Assembly (NCBI GenBank): GCA_016124665.1
Contig: WGNH01000021.1
Location: forward strand, 19,837 to 83,836
DNA length: 64,000 nucleotides
Direction: 5' to 3'
Origin: Alphaproteobacteria bacterium
Lineage (GTDB): Bacteria > Pseudomonadota > Alphaproteobacteria > Caulobacterales > Maricaulaceae
Shown: piece after piece, positions 18,408 to 28,175 of the stretch
Layout of the letters: each line of letters starts with the position of its first letter
How positions within the stretch are numbered: the first letter of the stretch is position 1
The notes under the pieces: generated by a model
Told to the model about the DNA's origin: nothing
Database searches by the model: none
What the model saw: the letters and a program-made list of their open reading frames with translations, nothing else
Made by a program: the position numbers and the translations under genes

Positions 18408-19324
18408 GCGCGGGACGCAACAAACGCCTTCAACGCCTTGCCGACCCGGGAGGTGGCTTTCAGCTTGTCCTTCAGTGGCATGGCGATGGGCGGATCAATA
18501 TTGGTCTTGTTGACATCCACCACATAGAGGCGGCCATCCATCTGGTCGCGCAAGACATCCATGGCCCCCCATTCCAGTCCCATGCGGGCGGCAAATTCGA
18601 TGAGGCTGGCGGTCTCCATTTCCGAGAAAGCCTCACCCGTTTCGACCAACCGGACATCGGAATTGATATTGGTAAACCGTTTGCCGATCTGGCGGCGCTT
18701 GATGAACAGCAAGGGCATCTCGCGGCCGACGATAACACAACGGTAATCCATGACCTCGTTGTCACCGCACCGGTTGTCCACCAGGCGCTGATAGGCGCAG
18801 TCCGGTTTCGGCGTGAACGGAGCCTGCAGGACGCGGCCGTCATGGGCCCCGTTGATTTCCGATTTCTCGACGACAGGACCGGCATGAATGGAAGGGTCGA
18901 CGGCAATCCCATATCCGAAGGTCTGTTCGAAAACGCGGGCAACATGCGATTTCGATACGTCGCAGCACCCGAAATTCATATGCGCCCGGGACGGCGGCAG
19001 CAGGGGCGGGGGAGAGGCCGTCGTGTCCTCGAAATAGATAGTCAAATCCGCCTTTGACTGATCGCGGACAATCCGGCCGCCAACGGCATGGGTGCAGGAC
19101 CAGATGAAATACCATGGCCTTGGCCGCTGCGGCGTGAAAGCGATTCGCGGACCGCGATGCCGCAAGGCGGCGAGGCGCCAGACTTCCATGCAGACATAGA
19201 AGATCAGCCAGTTCAGACAGACGGCAAGGAATTTGCGGCGCAGGGGCAATTGGTGCCCTGTGCTCTTGATCGACACGATTCCGTCGCGGTAGGCCCAGTC
19301 TGACCACCAGAAGGCGCTGTTCAT
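18398..19324 (-). CDS. hypothetical protein, possibly ATP-grasp fold
   Basis: Start chosen at MNSAFWW. The C-terminal part (...[17 protein letters not shown]..., [26 protein letters not shown]) resembles the ATP-grasp catalytic core. This is a weak, pattern-based call. Confidence 0.45.
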   Translation of the reverse strand: MNSAFWWSDWAYRDGIVSIKSTGHQLPLRRKFLAVCLNWLIFYVCMEVWRLAALRHRGPRIAFTPQRPRPWYFIWSCTHAVGGRIVRDQSKADLTIYFEDTTASPPPLLPPSRAHMNFGCCDVSKSHVARVFEQTFGYGIAVDPSIHAGPVVEKSEINGAHDGRVLQAPFTPKPDCAYQRLVDNRCGDNEVMDYRCVIVGREMPLLFIKRRQIGKRFTNINSDVRLVETGEAFSEMETASLIEFAARMGLEWGAMDVLRDQMDGRLYVVDVNKTNIDPPIAMPLKDKLKATSRVGKALKAFVASRAQG

Positions 19325-19650
19325 GATCGCGTCCTGTTTCAAGCGCCCCTGACCGGGCACGCATTCGGGTGATTAGCGGTCCAAGGCTTGCGTGGAAAGC
19401 CCCGAGTTGAAACGGGGCTGTATCATGCCGGGATGGGTTCAAGCCATGAATTTTCTGTCAGCGCGCTTGCGCAGGGCTGTTTTTATCCTGTTAATGCTGG
19501 CTGCGGTACAGGCGGTTCCGAGTGTTTTTTCGGCATCGGTGGGTGCAGAGACCGCAGCAGATCGCAGCCTGACACTGCGACTGGCTATTGATTGACTTTC
19601 CGGTGCGCCGCATGAATCGGCGACCAGTCACCAGCAGGGTTAGCGCGTAA

Positions 19651-20583
19651 ATGTTCGGATACATTGCCCGGCGAATTCTGATCGCCATACCCACAATACT
19701 GGTGATCATTACTGTTGCATTTTTCATGATGCGCGCCGCTCCGGGTGGTCCATTTGATCTCGAGCGCCCAATGCCGGAAGAAGTCCGGCAGAACATTCTC
19801 GAGCATTTCGGTTTCGACAAACCTCTGCACGAACAGTATTTCGCCTATCTGGGTGATCTGGTTCAGGCCGATCTGGGTCCGTCCCTCCGTTTCCGCGACA
19901 AGACGGTTTCCGACATCATTGCCGAAGGCTTTCCCGTCAGCGCCACTATCGGCGGACTGTCCATATTGCTGGCGTTGCTTGTGGGCTCGCTGATGGGTGC
20001 GATTGCAGCCTTGAGACAGAACAAGCTGACGGATTTTGCCGTCATGGGCTTTGCCATGGGCGGAATCACGATTCCGCCCTTTGTCATGGGACCGATACTG
20101 GCCCTGATATTCGGTATCGGGCTGGGATGGCTGCCGGTGGGGGGGCTGGATCCCCGCTATGGCATGACGCCCGAGCGGCTGGTCTTGCCAGTCATCACGC
20201 TGGCCTTGCCGCAGATCGCAATTGTTTCGCGCCTGATGCGTGCCAGCATGATCGAGGTGCTGCGCTCGAACTATATTCGCACGGCGCGTGCCAAGGGCCT
20301 GTCTGCGCCAGCGGTTCTGTTCCGCCATGCCCTTCGGGCGGCCGTGCTTCCGCTGGTCAGCTATATCGGACCGGCGTCGGCGGCTCTGGTCACGGGGTCC
20401 ATCGTGATCGAACAGGTGTTCCAGTTGCCCGGCATTGGCCGTCAGTTCGTCATGGCTGCGCTGCAGCGTGACTACACGGTCGTGATGGGCGTGGTGATCC
20501 TGTACGCTTCGCTGATCATTCTTCTCAATCTGCTTGCCGATCTGGTTTATGCGGCGCTGAATCCACGGGTGAAGTTCGAGTGA
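19651..20583 (+). CDS. peptide ABC transporter permease (OppB/DppB type)
   Basis: N-terminus MFGYIARRILIAIPTILVIITVAFFMMRAAPGGPF and EAA-loop region YIRTARAKGLS. Confidence 0.92.
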   Translation: MFGYIARRILIAIPTILVIITVAFFMMRAAPGGPFDLERPMPEEVRQNILEHFGFDKPLHEQYFAYLGDLVQADLGPSLRFRDKTVSDIIAEGFPVSATIGGLSILLALLVGSLMGAIAALRQNKLTDFAVMGFAMGGITIPPFVMGPILALIFGIGLGWLPVGGLDPRYGMTPERLVLPVITLALPQIAIVSRLMRASMIEVLRSNYIRTARAKGLSAPAVLFRHALRAAVLPLVSYIGPASAALVTGSIVIEQVFQLPGIGRQFVMAALQRDYTVVMGVVILYASLIILLNLLADLVYAALNPRVKFE

Positions 20584-21485
20584 AAACGATAGTCGGATCC
20601 GAGCAGAACGCCGAAGCCATCGAAAAGGCGGCGATTGAAGGCCGTTCCCTGTGGGACGACGCTTTGGCGCGTCTGTTCCGCAACAAGGCCGCTGTGGGCA
20701 GCATGATCGTGCTCGGCCTCCTGGTGCTGATTGCCGTGGTGGGGCCGTATCTCTGGCCGCACAGTCATGAAACGATCTACCGCGAGCGGGTCTGGCTGGC
20801 GCCAACATTCGAGAATTTGCATATTTTCGGGACAGATGCGCAGGGGCGTGATCTGTTTGCACGGACACTGATCGGCCTGCGCGTGTCGCTGATGGTCGGT
20901 GTTGTGGCGTCTCTGGTTTCGCTGGTGATCGGCGTTTTCTGGGGCGCAACAGCCGGGTTTATCGGCGGCCGCGTTGACCAGGTGATGATGCGGATCGTGG
21001 ACGTGCTCTACTCGCTGCCCTTCATCTTCTTCGTCATCATCCTGATGGTGGTTTTCGGCCGCAATATCATCCTGATCTTTGTTGCTATCGGTGCGGTCGA
21101 ATGGCTGACCATGGCGCGGATTGTCCGGGGCCAGACCATCTCCATCAAGAATATGGAATTTGTCGAAGCGGCCGAGGCCGCCGGTGTATCGCGTCTGGCC
21201 ATTATCCGCCGCCACATCATTCCGAACGTGCTGGGTCCGGTCATCGTCTATGTCACCCTGACCATCCCCGTCGTGATTCTGGCGGAGAGCTTTCTGAGCT
21301 TTCTCGGCCTTGGCGTTCAGGAGCCGCTGACCTCGCTGGGCCGTCTGATTGCCTATGGTGCCCAGGACATGCAGATCGCCACCTGGACACTCTTCGTTCC
21401 GGCCGGGACGATGATGCTGACGCTGTTCTGCTTCAACTTCATCGGCGATGGCGTCCGGGACGCCATCGATCCGAAAGACCGCTGA
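20580..21485 (+). CDS. peptide ABC transporter permease (OppC/DppC type)
   Basis: GTDAQGRDLFARTLIGLRVSL and FVEAAEAAGVSRLAIIRRHIIPN. Overlaps the upstream permease. Confidence 0.92.
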   Translation: MKTIVGSEQNAEAIEKAAIEGRSLWDDALARLFRNKAAVGSMIVLGLLVLIAVVGPYLWPHSHETIYRERVWLAPTFENLHIFGTDAQGRDLFARTLIGLRVSLMVGVVASLVSLVIGVFWGATAGFIGGRVDQVMMRIVDVLYSLPFIFFVIILMVVFGRNIILIFVAIGAVEWLTMARIVRGQTISIKNMEFVEAAEAAGVSRLAIIRRHIIPNVLGPVIVYVTLTIPVVILAESFLSFLGLGVQEPLTSLGRLIAYGAQDMQIATWTLFVPAGTMMLTLFCFNFIGDGVRDAIDPKDR

Positions 21486-22286
21486 TCAGCGTTCGCGGTG
21501 AACGCGGATGGCCCGTCCGCGGCCATTGATCTGCATCAGGTAACTGTCGAGGGATGCGCGGCGGATTTCCGCGAAATTCGTGTCATCATCATCGTAATTG
21601 ATGCGTCCGGCCCCGGATTGATCCCAGACCTGACCATTGGTCATGTAGAAGCGGTGGCGGTTATAGGCCATTTCGCGGATACGTTCGATTTCCATGACGA
21701 CGCGTTCAACTCCGCCTTCATCATCGCGTTCGACCACCTGGACACCATTTATCGGACTACGGTCAGCTGTTGCCGCCGGTGTTTCCTCTGCGTCATCGCC
21801 GCCACGGCCGGTCAGCCGGGCAAACAGGCCGCGGGATTCTTCTTCTGCCTCGTCATTTGAAGCAACAGGCACAGGTTCCCGGGCAGGCGGCGGGGCCGGG
21901 GGCTCTACCGTTTCACCGGTTTCGGCAGCGGCCAGCCGTTCCGGTGTGGAGGACGGGTCCAGAGGGTCGGGTGTATTACCGGTTCCCCGGGCGAACATGG
22001 ACAGGCTCAGGCGCGGCATGCTGGGCAGGTCAAATCCGAATGAGTCGCGCTCGACCGCCTCAACGTCTTCACGATAGATGCCGACGAGGCCGTTCTGCCT
22101 TTCTTCGGACAAGCGCCCCGCTGCGGCATCAAAGCAGGCGAGCCGCGAGGCCTCATCGGCAATCTGCTGGCAGACCAGAATGTCATCAATGGGGTCGGAC
22201 GACTGAGCCGAAACGCCGGATGACATCATAAGGCCGAGTGCGGTGGCCGACAGAATGGAGACCTTGAATTCGGATAGTTTACACAT
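21486..22286 (-). CDS. hypothetical exported protein (paralog A)
   Basis: Start chosen at MCKLSEFKVSILSATALGLMMSSGVSAQ. Motif CQQIADEASRLACFDAA. The C-terminal domain ...TNGQVWDQ...MQINGRGRAIRVHR is paralogous to the next gene. Confidence 0.65.
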   Translation of the reverse strand: MCKLSEFKVSILSATALGLMMSSGVSAQSSDPIDDILVCQQIADEASRLACFDAAAGRLSEERQNGLVGIYREDVEAVERDSFGFDLPSMPRLSLSMFARGTGNTPDPLDPSSTPERLAAAETGETVEPPAPPPAREPVPVASNDEAEEESRGLFARLTGRGGDDAEETPAATADRSPINGVQVVERDDEGGVERVVMEIERIREMAYNRHRFYMTNGQVWDQSGAGRINYDDDDTNFAEIRRASLDSYLMQINGRGRAIRVHRER

Positions 22287-22305
22287 TCCGGGTATTTCCC
22301 TTGTT

Positions 22306-22938
22306 CTATTCTTCACGGCGGACGCGGAACCAGCGGCCCCGGTCATTCAATTGCATCTGGTGCGAACCGAGCATGGCGCTACGGACCGCAACCGACATTT
22401 CCGTTGGCGGCTGGCGCCGGGAATAAAGCACGCGTGTATCGTCGATCTGCCGCCAGACCTGACCATTCTGCAGTGTCACGATCAGCCGGTCGTACGGATC
22501 ACGCTCGAGATTCTGTACCGCCAACCCCTCGATGCCGGTGATATCGCCTTCATCATTGCGGACCACAGTGCGGGACGTTGGCGCATTTTCCGCGCCCCTT
22601 CCGGGTTCCGCCGCATCCGCGAGGTCTGTCGATGCGCCGCCGGACAGGCTGGGCAGGCTGACACTCGGCAGGCTGGGTAATCTGAATTCCGGTATGTTCA
22701 AGCCATAGGTGGCTTCTTCCGCCGCTTCGATATCGCTTCGATTGACGGCAACCACTTCACCCCTGTTTTCAGATTGATAGAGGCTTTCGACAGCCGCATC
22801 GAGACAGGCGAGCCGGTGAGCGTTGTCGGCAATCTGCCGGCAATCAAACAATGGCGATAGCGGGGAATCCGTATCCTGAGCAAATGCCGGGACTGTGATT
22901 AGAAGGGCGAGCGGGAGTGTTAGTAATCGCGTGTTCAT
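22306..22938 (-). CDS. hypothetical exported protein (paralog B)
   Basis: Start chosen at MNTRLLTLPLALLITVPAFAQ. Motif CRQIADNAHRLACLDAA. C-terminus ...QNGQVWRQ...MQLNDRGRWFRVRR. Confidence 0.65.
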   Translation of the reverse strand: MNTRLLTLPLALLITVPAFAQDTDSPLSPLFDCRQIADNAHRLACLDAAVESLYQSENRGEVVAVNRSDIEAAEEATYGLNIPEFRLPSLPSVSLPSLSGGASTDLADAAEPGRGAENAPTSRTVVRNDEGDITGIEGLAVQNLERDPYDRLIVTLQNGQVWRQIDDTRVLYSRRQPPTEMSVAVRSAMLGSHQMQLNDRGRWFRVRREE

Positions 22939-23066
22939 CGTTAACTTGCTATCAGTGGCCGAGTTTCGCAGACTATGCGTGAGTGCTCCGGTCCTGTCGA
23001 CCGCGAGACGCAATAGGATATGCATAGTCCCAGATTGACAGAACGGGAACGGAGAGGGTCCTGGCG

Positions 23067-24722
23067 ATGCCAAACAAGTTGAATTTCCGGATTACGCTAT
23101 TGATGGCTGCATCCGCGGTCACGCTGGCCGCATGTGGCGGCTCAGGTGAGGTTGATCAGAGCTCCGTTGTTCTGCACCGGGGCAATAGCGCCGAACCCCT
23201 GACGCTCGACCCTCACAAGGCCAGCGGCACCTGGGAAAACAATATCATCGGCGACATGTTCATCGGCCTGTTCACCGATGACGCGAACGCCGCCCCCATC
23301 CCCGGCATGGCGGAAAGCTGGGAGGTCAGCGAAGACGGGCTGACCTGGACTTTCACCCTGCGCGAAGCAGTGTGGTCGGACGGCGTGCCCGTCACGGCTC
23401 ATGATTTCGAATATGCCTTCCAGCGAATTCTGAATCCCGCCACGCTCGCGCAGTATTCCTCTCTGCTTTATCCGATCGAGAATGCCGAGGCCGTTAATAC
23501 AGGCGCCATGCCGCCGGAGGCAGTCGGGGTGGAGGCGCTGGATGACCGGACCCTGGAAATCCGGCTCGAAAACCCCGCCCCCTATTTGCTCGGCCTGTTG
23601 ACGCACTACACGACCTTCCCCGTGCCCCGGCACATTGTGGAGCAATATGGCGACCAGTGGATCCAGCCGGAGCATATCGCCGTCAACGGCCCGTATGAGC
23701 TGGTTCAGTGGTCGACCAACAATTTTGTTCACGTCGAGCGCAACGAGCTGTTCTACGATAATGAAAATGTCTGCATCGACGAGGTGTTCTATTACCCGAC
23801 GGTTGATGCATCAGCCGGTGTCCGCCGTGTCCAGAATGGCGAACTGCATCTGAACAATGAATTTCCGGGCCAGCATATCGATCGGCTGCGCCGCGAAATG
23901 CCGGACTATGTCAGAACCCACCCGTTCATGGGGACTGTCTACTTCTCGATAAATAACGATATTGATGCCTTCAGCGACCCGCGTGTCCGCAATGCGCTGG
24001 GCATGTCGATCAACCGCGAATTCCTGGCCGAGGAAATCTATCGCGACGGGCGCTCGGCGGCCTATTCTCTGGTGCCGCCGGATGTTGCCAATTATGCCGG
24101 CGGTGTCGAGGCGGAATGGGCTGGCCTGCCCATGGAAGAGCGCCGTGCCCGTGCGCGCGACCTGTTGATGGAAGCCGGATACGGACCGGACAATCCGCTG
24201 GAGTTCGAATATTCGCACCGCTCGACCGGCGACAATCCGCGGATCGCACCGGTCGTCCAGCAGGACTGGGAGAGCATTGCGGACTGGGTGGATGTGGATC
24301 TCCGTCAGATCGAGACCCAGATTCATTATGAAAACCTGAGATCCGCCGACTATGAAATTGGTGATGGCGGATGGATCGCGGACTACAACGATCCCTATAA
24401 TTTCCTGTTTCTCGCTGAAGAACGCTCCATTCCGATGAATTATTCGCGTTATCGCAATCCAGAGTATGATGACCTGATTTCGCGGGCCAATCAGGAGCTC
24501 GACATGGAAATCCGCGCCAGCATGCTGGCGGAAGCCGAGCAGATGATGATTGATGACATGCCGATCATTCCGGTCGTGTTCTATGTAAACCGGGCTGTGG
24601 TCAGCCCTGAAGTGACGGGGTGGGAAGACAATATCGTCCATATCCACCGTACCCGCTTCATGTGCCTGCAGGGGGCCCAGCAGGCCGCATCGGGTTCAAG
24701 CGGCGAGACATCAGCCGATTGA
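23067..24722 (+). CDS. peptide ABC transporter substrate-binding lipoprotein (family 5, OppA/DppA-like)
   Basis: Lipobox TLAACGG. Typical SBP_bac_5 N-terminal block LDPHKASGTWENNIIGDMFIGL. 551 aa. Confidence 0.92.
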   Translation: MPNKLNFRITLLMAASAVTLAACGGSGEVDQSSVVLHRGNSAEPLTLDPHKASGTWENNIIGDMFIGLFTDDANAAPIPGMAESWEVSEDGLTWTFTLREAVWSDGVPVTAHDFEYAFQRILNPATLAQYSSLLYPIENAEAVNTGAMPPEAVGVEALDDRTLEIRLENPAPYLLGLLTHYTTFPVPRHIVEQYGDQWIQPEHIAVNGPYELVQWSTNNFVHVERNELFYDNENVCIDEVFYYPTVDASAGVRRVQNGELHLNNEFPGQHIDRLRREMPDYVRTHPFMGTVYFSINNDIDAFSDPRVRNALGMSINREFLAEEIYRDGRSAAYSLVPPDVANYAGGVEAEWAGLPMEERRARARDLLMEAGYGPDNPLEFEYSHRSTGDNPRIAPVVQQDWESIADWVDVDLRQIETQIHYENLRSADYEIGDGGWIADYNDPYNFLFLAEERSIPMNYSRYRNPEYDDLISRANQELDMEIRASMLAEAEQMMIDDMPIIPVVFYVNRAVVSPEVTGWEDNIVHIHRTRFMCLQGAQQAASGSSGETSAD

Positions 24723-24744
24723 TCTGAACTGCATCCGGCTTTGC

Positions 24745-24792
24745 ACCCCTCCTTCTTCGGCGTAGATTGCGCCGCAAGGGGGAGGGGTTTTT
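24745..24792 (+). terminator. intrinsic terminator after the substrate-binding protein gene; its 3' arm overlaps the Shine-Dalgarno of the next gene
   Basis: CCCCTCC...(inner CGGCG/CGCCG stem)...GGAGGGG followed by TTTTTT, ending 2 nt before the ATG at 24794. Confidence 0.55.
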
Positions 24793-24793
24793 C

Positions 24794-25981
24794 ATGTCGG
24801 ATCCTGTTATGGACGCTGCCACAGCGGATGCTCTGGCATCGGAGGCTTCCAAAGCGAAACGGGGGCATCCGGCTTCGCGTTTTGATCACACAATTGAGGG
24901 GGAGTGCTCCAATTGCGGCACGCCGCTGAAGGGGCAGATCTGCCATAGTTGCGGTCAAGACAGCGATATTCTGCAACGGCCATTCTGGAATCATGTGCTC
25001 GAAATACTCGACGGGCAGCTGGGGGTTGACGGCAAGCTCTGGCGGACCCTACCGGCGCTGATGTTCCGCCCGGGTTATGTCACGCGGCAATATCTCAGCG
25101 GTGTCCGCGCGCGTTATGTCCAGCCCTTCCGGCTCTACATCTTCGCGAGTTTTGTTTTCCTGTTCCTGCTCTGGGGCGGGTCAGGCGGGATTGGTGACCT
25201 GTTTCAGAACGAGGCCGTGGATGTAGATCCCGAAACGATCGCGGAACTGGAAGCCGAAATTGCGGCCATGGAGGTGGAATCACCGGAGCGCGCAGCCCAG
25301 TTGAGACGTGTGCTGAACGGGCTGCAGGGGAGTGAAGCCGAGAGCGATAGCTCCGGGGACCTCTCGATAACGGATGCGCTTTCTACCCCTGGAATGCGCG
25401 AAGACATGAAAGCCGGCGTCCGGCGGGTATTGCTGCCGGAAGAGGCTACAGAGCCTGCACAGCCCGGAGATGCGGAAATTGTCGTGGGTGAACCGGGCGC
25501 AAACCGGATGACCCTGGATGTCAGCGGATTGGCCTGGCTGCCCTACATGGCGCGCGAGCGGCTGGTGCATCAGATCGAAATCATCATTGATGACCCGTCG
25601 CGATGGTTCGAAGCGATGCGCGCCTCGGTTTCATGGCTACTGATCCTGCTCCTGCCCGTCTATGCGCTGGTTATCGCAATCGGGCAGGTCTGGCGGCGCG
25701 GTTTTTACTATTACGATCACCTGATCGTTTCCCTGCACTTCCATTCTTTCCTGTTTATCCTGATGGCCGGTCTGATGCTGCTTTCCCCCCTCATCGGCGG
25801 TTGGGGTGTCCTGATCTTTCTGGTGTGGAGCAATCTCTATCTCTACAGGCTCCACAGGGTTGTCTACGAGCACGGCCGCTTCATGTCCGCGATTCGAACG
25901 GTCACGCTGGATTTCACCTACATGATCATCCTGATGTTCGCCTTCGTCCTGCTGATGCTGGTCGGGCTGCTAGCCGCCTGA
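24794..25981 (+). CDS. DUF3667 domain-containing membrane protein
   Basis: Zinc-ribbon CSNCGTPLKGQICHSCGQD followed by FRPGYVTRQYLSGVRARYVQPFRLYIFASFVFF and C-terminal TM helices. Confidence 0.75.
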   Translation: MSDPVMDAATADALASEASKAKRGHPASRFDHTIEGECSNCGTPLKGQICHSCGQDSDILQRPFWNHVLEILDGQLGVDGKLWRTLPALMFRPGYVTRQYLSGVRARYVQPFRLYIFASFVFLFLLWGGSGGIGDLFQNEAVDVDPETIAELEAEIAAMEVESPERAAQLRRVLNGLQGSEAESDSSGDLSITDALSTPGMREDMKAGVRRVLLPEEATEPAQPGDAEIVVGEPGANRMTLDVSGLAWLPYMARERLVHQIEIIIDDPSRWFEAMRASVSWLLILLLPVYALVIAIGQVWRRGFYYYDHLIVSLHFHSFLFILMAGLMLLSPLIGGWGVLIFLVWSNLYLYRLHRVVYEHGRFMSAIRTVTLDFTYMIILMFAFVLLMLVGLLAA

Positions 25982-25982
25982 C

Positions 25983-27764
25983 CTATCGCGGCTGGACGCT
26001 GCGAGTGCGCAATTCATTGCCCGTGCCGGCAGATTGCCGGGCCTCCATCAGCGCCCGGAATTCGGGTGAATTCATCAAGGCGTTCAGCTGGGCCAGGGAT
26101 TGAGCCCCTTCCGCAGAAACGCCGAACAATTCCTGGAAGGCTTCGAATGGCGTTCTCTCGCGTGGGAAGCGTTGCAGGTTCACGGTGGCGTCTTCCTCGA
26201 TGCCGGCCAGACGCCGCGCTGCGGCAATAGCTTCCATGAGACCGCCGATTTCGTCCACGAGACCGTTTTCCAATGCCTGCTCACCGGTCCAGACCCGGCC
26301 CCTGGCGATCTCGCGAACGGCTTCTATGCCGATCTCCCGGCCGTCCGCGACGCGCTGTGTGAAATCCTCGTAGATGTCGGCAAGCTGCGCTTCGACGGCG
26401 GCCCGCTGTTCATCGGTCCAGGGTGAGCTTGCCGAGTTGGCGGTTGCGAATTCGCCGCCAACGGCCACTTCCTCGAAATTGACACCGATCAGGCCGAAAG
26501 TTTCGCCAAGGCTGATCTTGCCGCCATAGACCCCGATCGAGCCGGTCAGCGTGGTTGCATTGGAGACAATGTAATCGGCCGGTGCGGCGATATAATACCC
26601 GCCGGAGGCCGCCGCGCCGCCCATGGACACCACGACGGGGATGCCGCGGTCCTGTGCCCGCCGGATTGCGTCCCAGATCTGGTCCGACGCGACTGAGGAG
26701 CCGCCAGGGGAATCGATGCGCAAGATAATGGCCCGGATAGCCGATGCAGAAGCGGCGTTGGTAATGGCTTCGGCCATGGCGTCACCGCCAATGACCGGAT
26801 CGCCGCCAAAAGGCGACACAATACCCGGGCCGGTCACAATGGCGCCCTGCCCCTCGATGAGGGCGATGCGCGGCCCCTGTTCGGCCAGCACACCGCTGAA
26901 GCGGTAATCCTCGATGTTGGCCAGGGTGACATTTCCGCCTGCGCGGTCGATCACCGCCTGCCGCGCGGCGGCCACATGTCCGAGCTGGTCCACCAGCCCG
27001 GCACTGGCAGCGGCCTCGGCGCTATGCGGAGCGGATTCAATCAGGGTCCGGAAGGCCTCCAGGTCGAGATTACGGCCGGCGGCGGCATTTGCCAGCGCAA
27101 CATCATAGATCGAGCCGAAATAGGACAGGGTGGCTTCCAGATGTTCCGGCGTGAAGCCGGTTTCGGTGTAGGTGTTCGGTGCATTCTTGTATTCGAGGAA
27201 CTGGATGAATTCGGCATCGACCTCGAACCGTTCCAGTGCTGCGCCATAGAAGGGCACTTCGCCGGCCAGTCCGGATGTGGAAAAGCTGGCCGTGTCCTGG
27301 AGCCAGATCTCGTCCGCGCTCGAAATGGCCAGGTAATTCGTGACCGATGTTCCGACAAAGCCCTGGGAATGCACAATCACCGGCCGGTCACTCTCGCGGA
27401 AGGCCGCGATGGCCCGGTTGATTTCCTCGGCCTGGGCGGGCGTCATGCCGAATTCGTTGGCGCGGATAAAGAGCCCGGCGACGCGACTGTCCCGTCCGGC
27501 CCGGTCCAGCAGACGGACCAGGTCGACGACGGAAGTTGATTCCGCGAAGGCAAAGGGCGACCGCGTCGGCTGATCAAGGCGGCTCTCGCGGAGGTCGACT
27601 TCCAGGACGAAGCGTCCCGCCGGCAGGCCTGTGTCCTCTGCCGCGCTCGCCCCCATCGCGGATATCAGACCGGCGATTCCGAATATCAGGATGAAGAGGG
27701 TCAGGATCGAGCCGATGATGACACCGATGATCGAGCCGAAGAGCGTGACAAAAAACTGTTTCAT
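25983..27764 (-). CDS. sppA: signal peptide peptidase SppA (67K type, duplicated S49 domains)
   Basis: Start chosen at MKQFFVTLFGSIIGVIIGSIL. RIDSPGGSSVASD and AASGGYYIAAPAD are S49 motifs. ~593 aa. Confidence 0.9.
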   Translation of the reverse strand: MKQFFVTLFGSIIGVIIGSILTLFILIFGIAGLISAMGASAAEDTGLPAGRFVLEVDLRESRLDQPTRSPFAFAESTSVVDLVRLLDRAGRDSRVAGLFIRANEFGMTPAQAEEINRAIAAFRESDRPVIVHSQGFVGTSVTNYLAISSADEIWLQDTASFSTSGLAGEVPFYGAALERFEVDAEFIQFLEYKNAPNTYTETGFTPEHLEATLSYFGSIYDVALANAAAGRNLDLEAFRTLIESAPHSAEAAASAGLVDQLGHVAAARQAVIDRAGGNVTLANIEDYRFSGVLAEQGPRIALIEGQGAIVTGPGIVSPFGGDPVIGGDAMAEAITNAASASAIRAIILRIDSPGGSSVASDQIWDAIRRAQDRGIPVVVSMGGAAASGGYYIAAPADYIVSNATTLTGSIGVYGGKISLGETFGLIGVNFEEVAVGGEFATANSASSPWTDEQRAAVEAQLADIYEDFTQRVADGREIGIEAVREIARGRVWTGEQALENGLVDEIGGLMEAIAAARRLAGIEEDATVNLQRFPRERTPFEAFQELFGVSAEGAQSLAQLNALMNSPEFRALMEARQSAGTGNELRTRSVQPR

Positions 27765-27901
27765 GGGACTGTCCTGAATTGCGCTGCCTTGCTTACAGCA
27801 TGCGCATATTGTGCCGGAAACCACGAGGGACAGTCACATCTTTCATCCCGGCGGCCAAAATCCGTGGCAGATGTGCCTTGTACACAACGGGGAAGGTAGA
27901 G

Positions 27902-27978
27902 TGGTCGGAGTAGCAAGATTCGAACTTGCGACCCCCGCCTCCCGAAGACGGTGCTCTACCAGGCTGAGCTATACTCCG
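27902..27978 (-). tRNA. tRNA-Pro (anticodon CGG)
   Basis: Hand-folded cloverleaf: acceptor CGGAGTA/TACTCCG, D stem GCTC/GAGC, anticodon stem CCGTC/GGCGG with loop TTCGGGA, T arm GCAAG-TTCGAAT-CTTGC, encoded CCA. Confidence 0.9.
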
Positions 27979-28099
27979 ACCGGAGCGCGGGCTTATAGCT
28001 ACTTCGGATACGGGATTCAATCACTACAGCATCACCCCGTTGCATCATCTGCAGTGAGGGGCTATCTACCGCCTCCGCCGCGATACGCGGCCGGCCTGC

Positions 28100-28175
28100 T
28101 GGGGCGTAGCTTAGTTGGTAAAGCAGCGGTTTTTGGTACCGAAGAGCGGAGGTTCGAGTCCTCCCGCCCCAGCCA
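28100..28175 (+). tRNA. tRNA-Gln (anticodon UUG)
   Basis: Hand-folded cloverleaf: acceptor TGGGGCG/CGCCCCA (U1-A72), G73, anticodon loop TTTTGGT, T arm GGAGG-TTCGAGT-CCTCC, encoded CCA. Confidence 0.88.

Noticed and set aside
19392-19595. 67-aa ORF with a signal-peptide-like segment just upstream of the peptide permease genes (possible secreted peptide)
   Set aside because: Third-position GC looks markedly lower than in neighbouring genes, there is no convincing Shine-Dalgarno, and no homology is recognised. The idea remains testable by ribosome profiling, but the ORF is not supportable as a feature.
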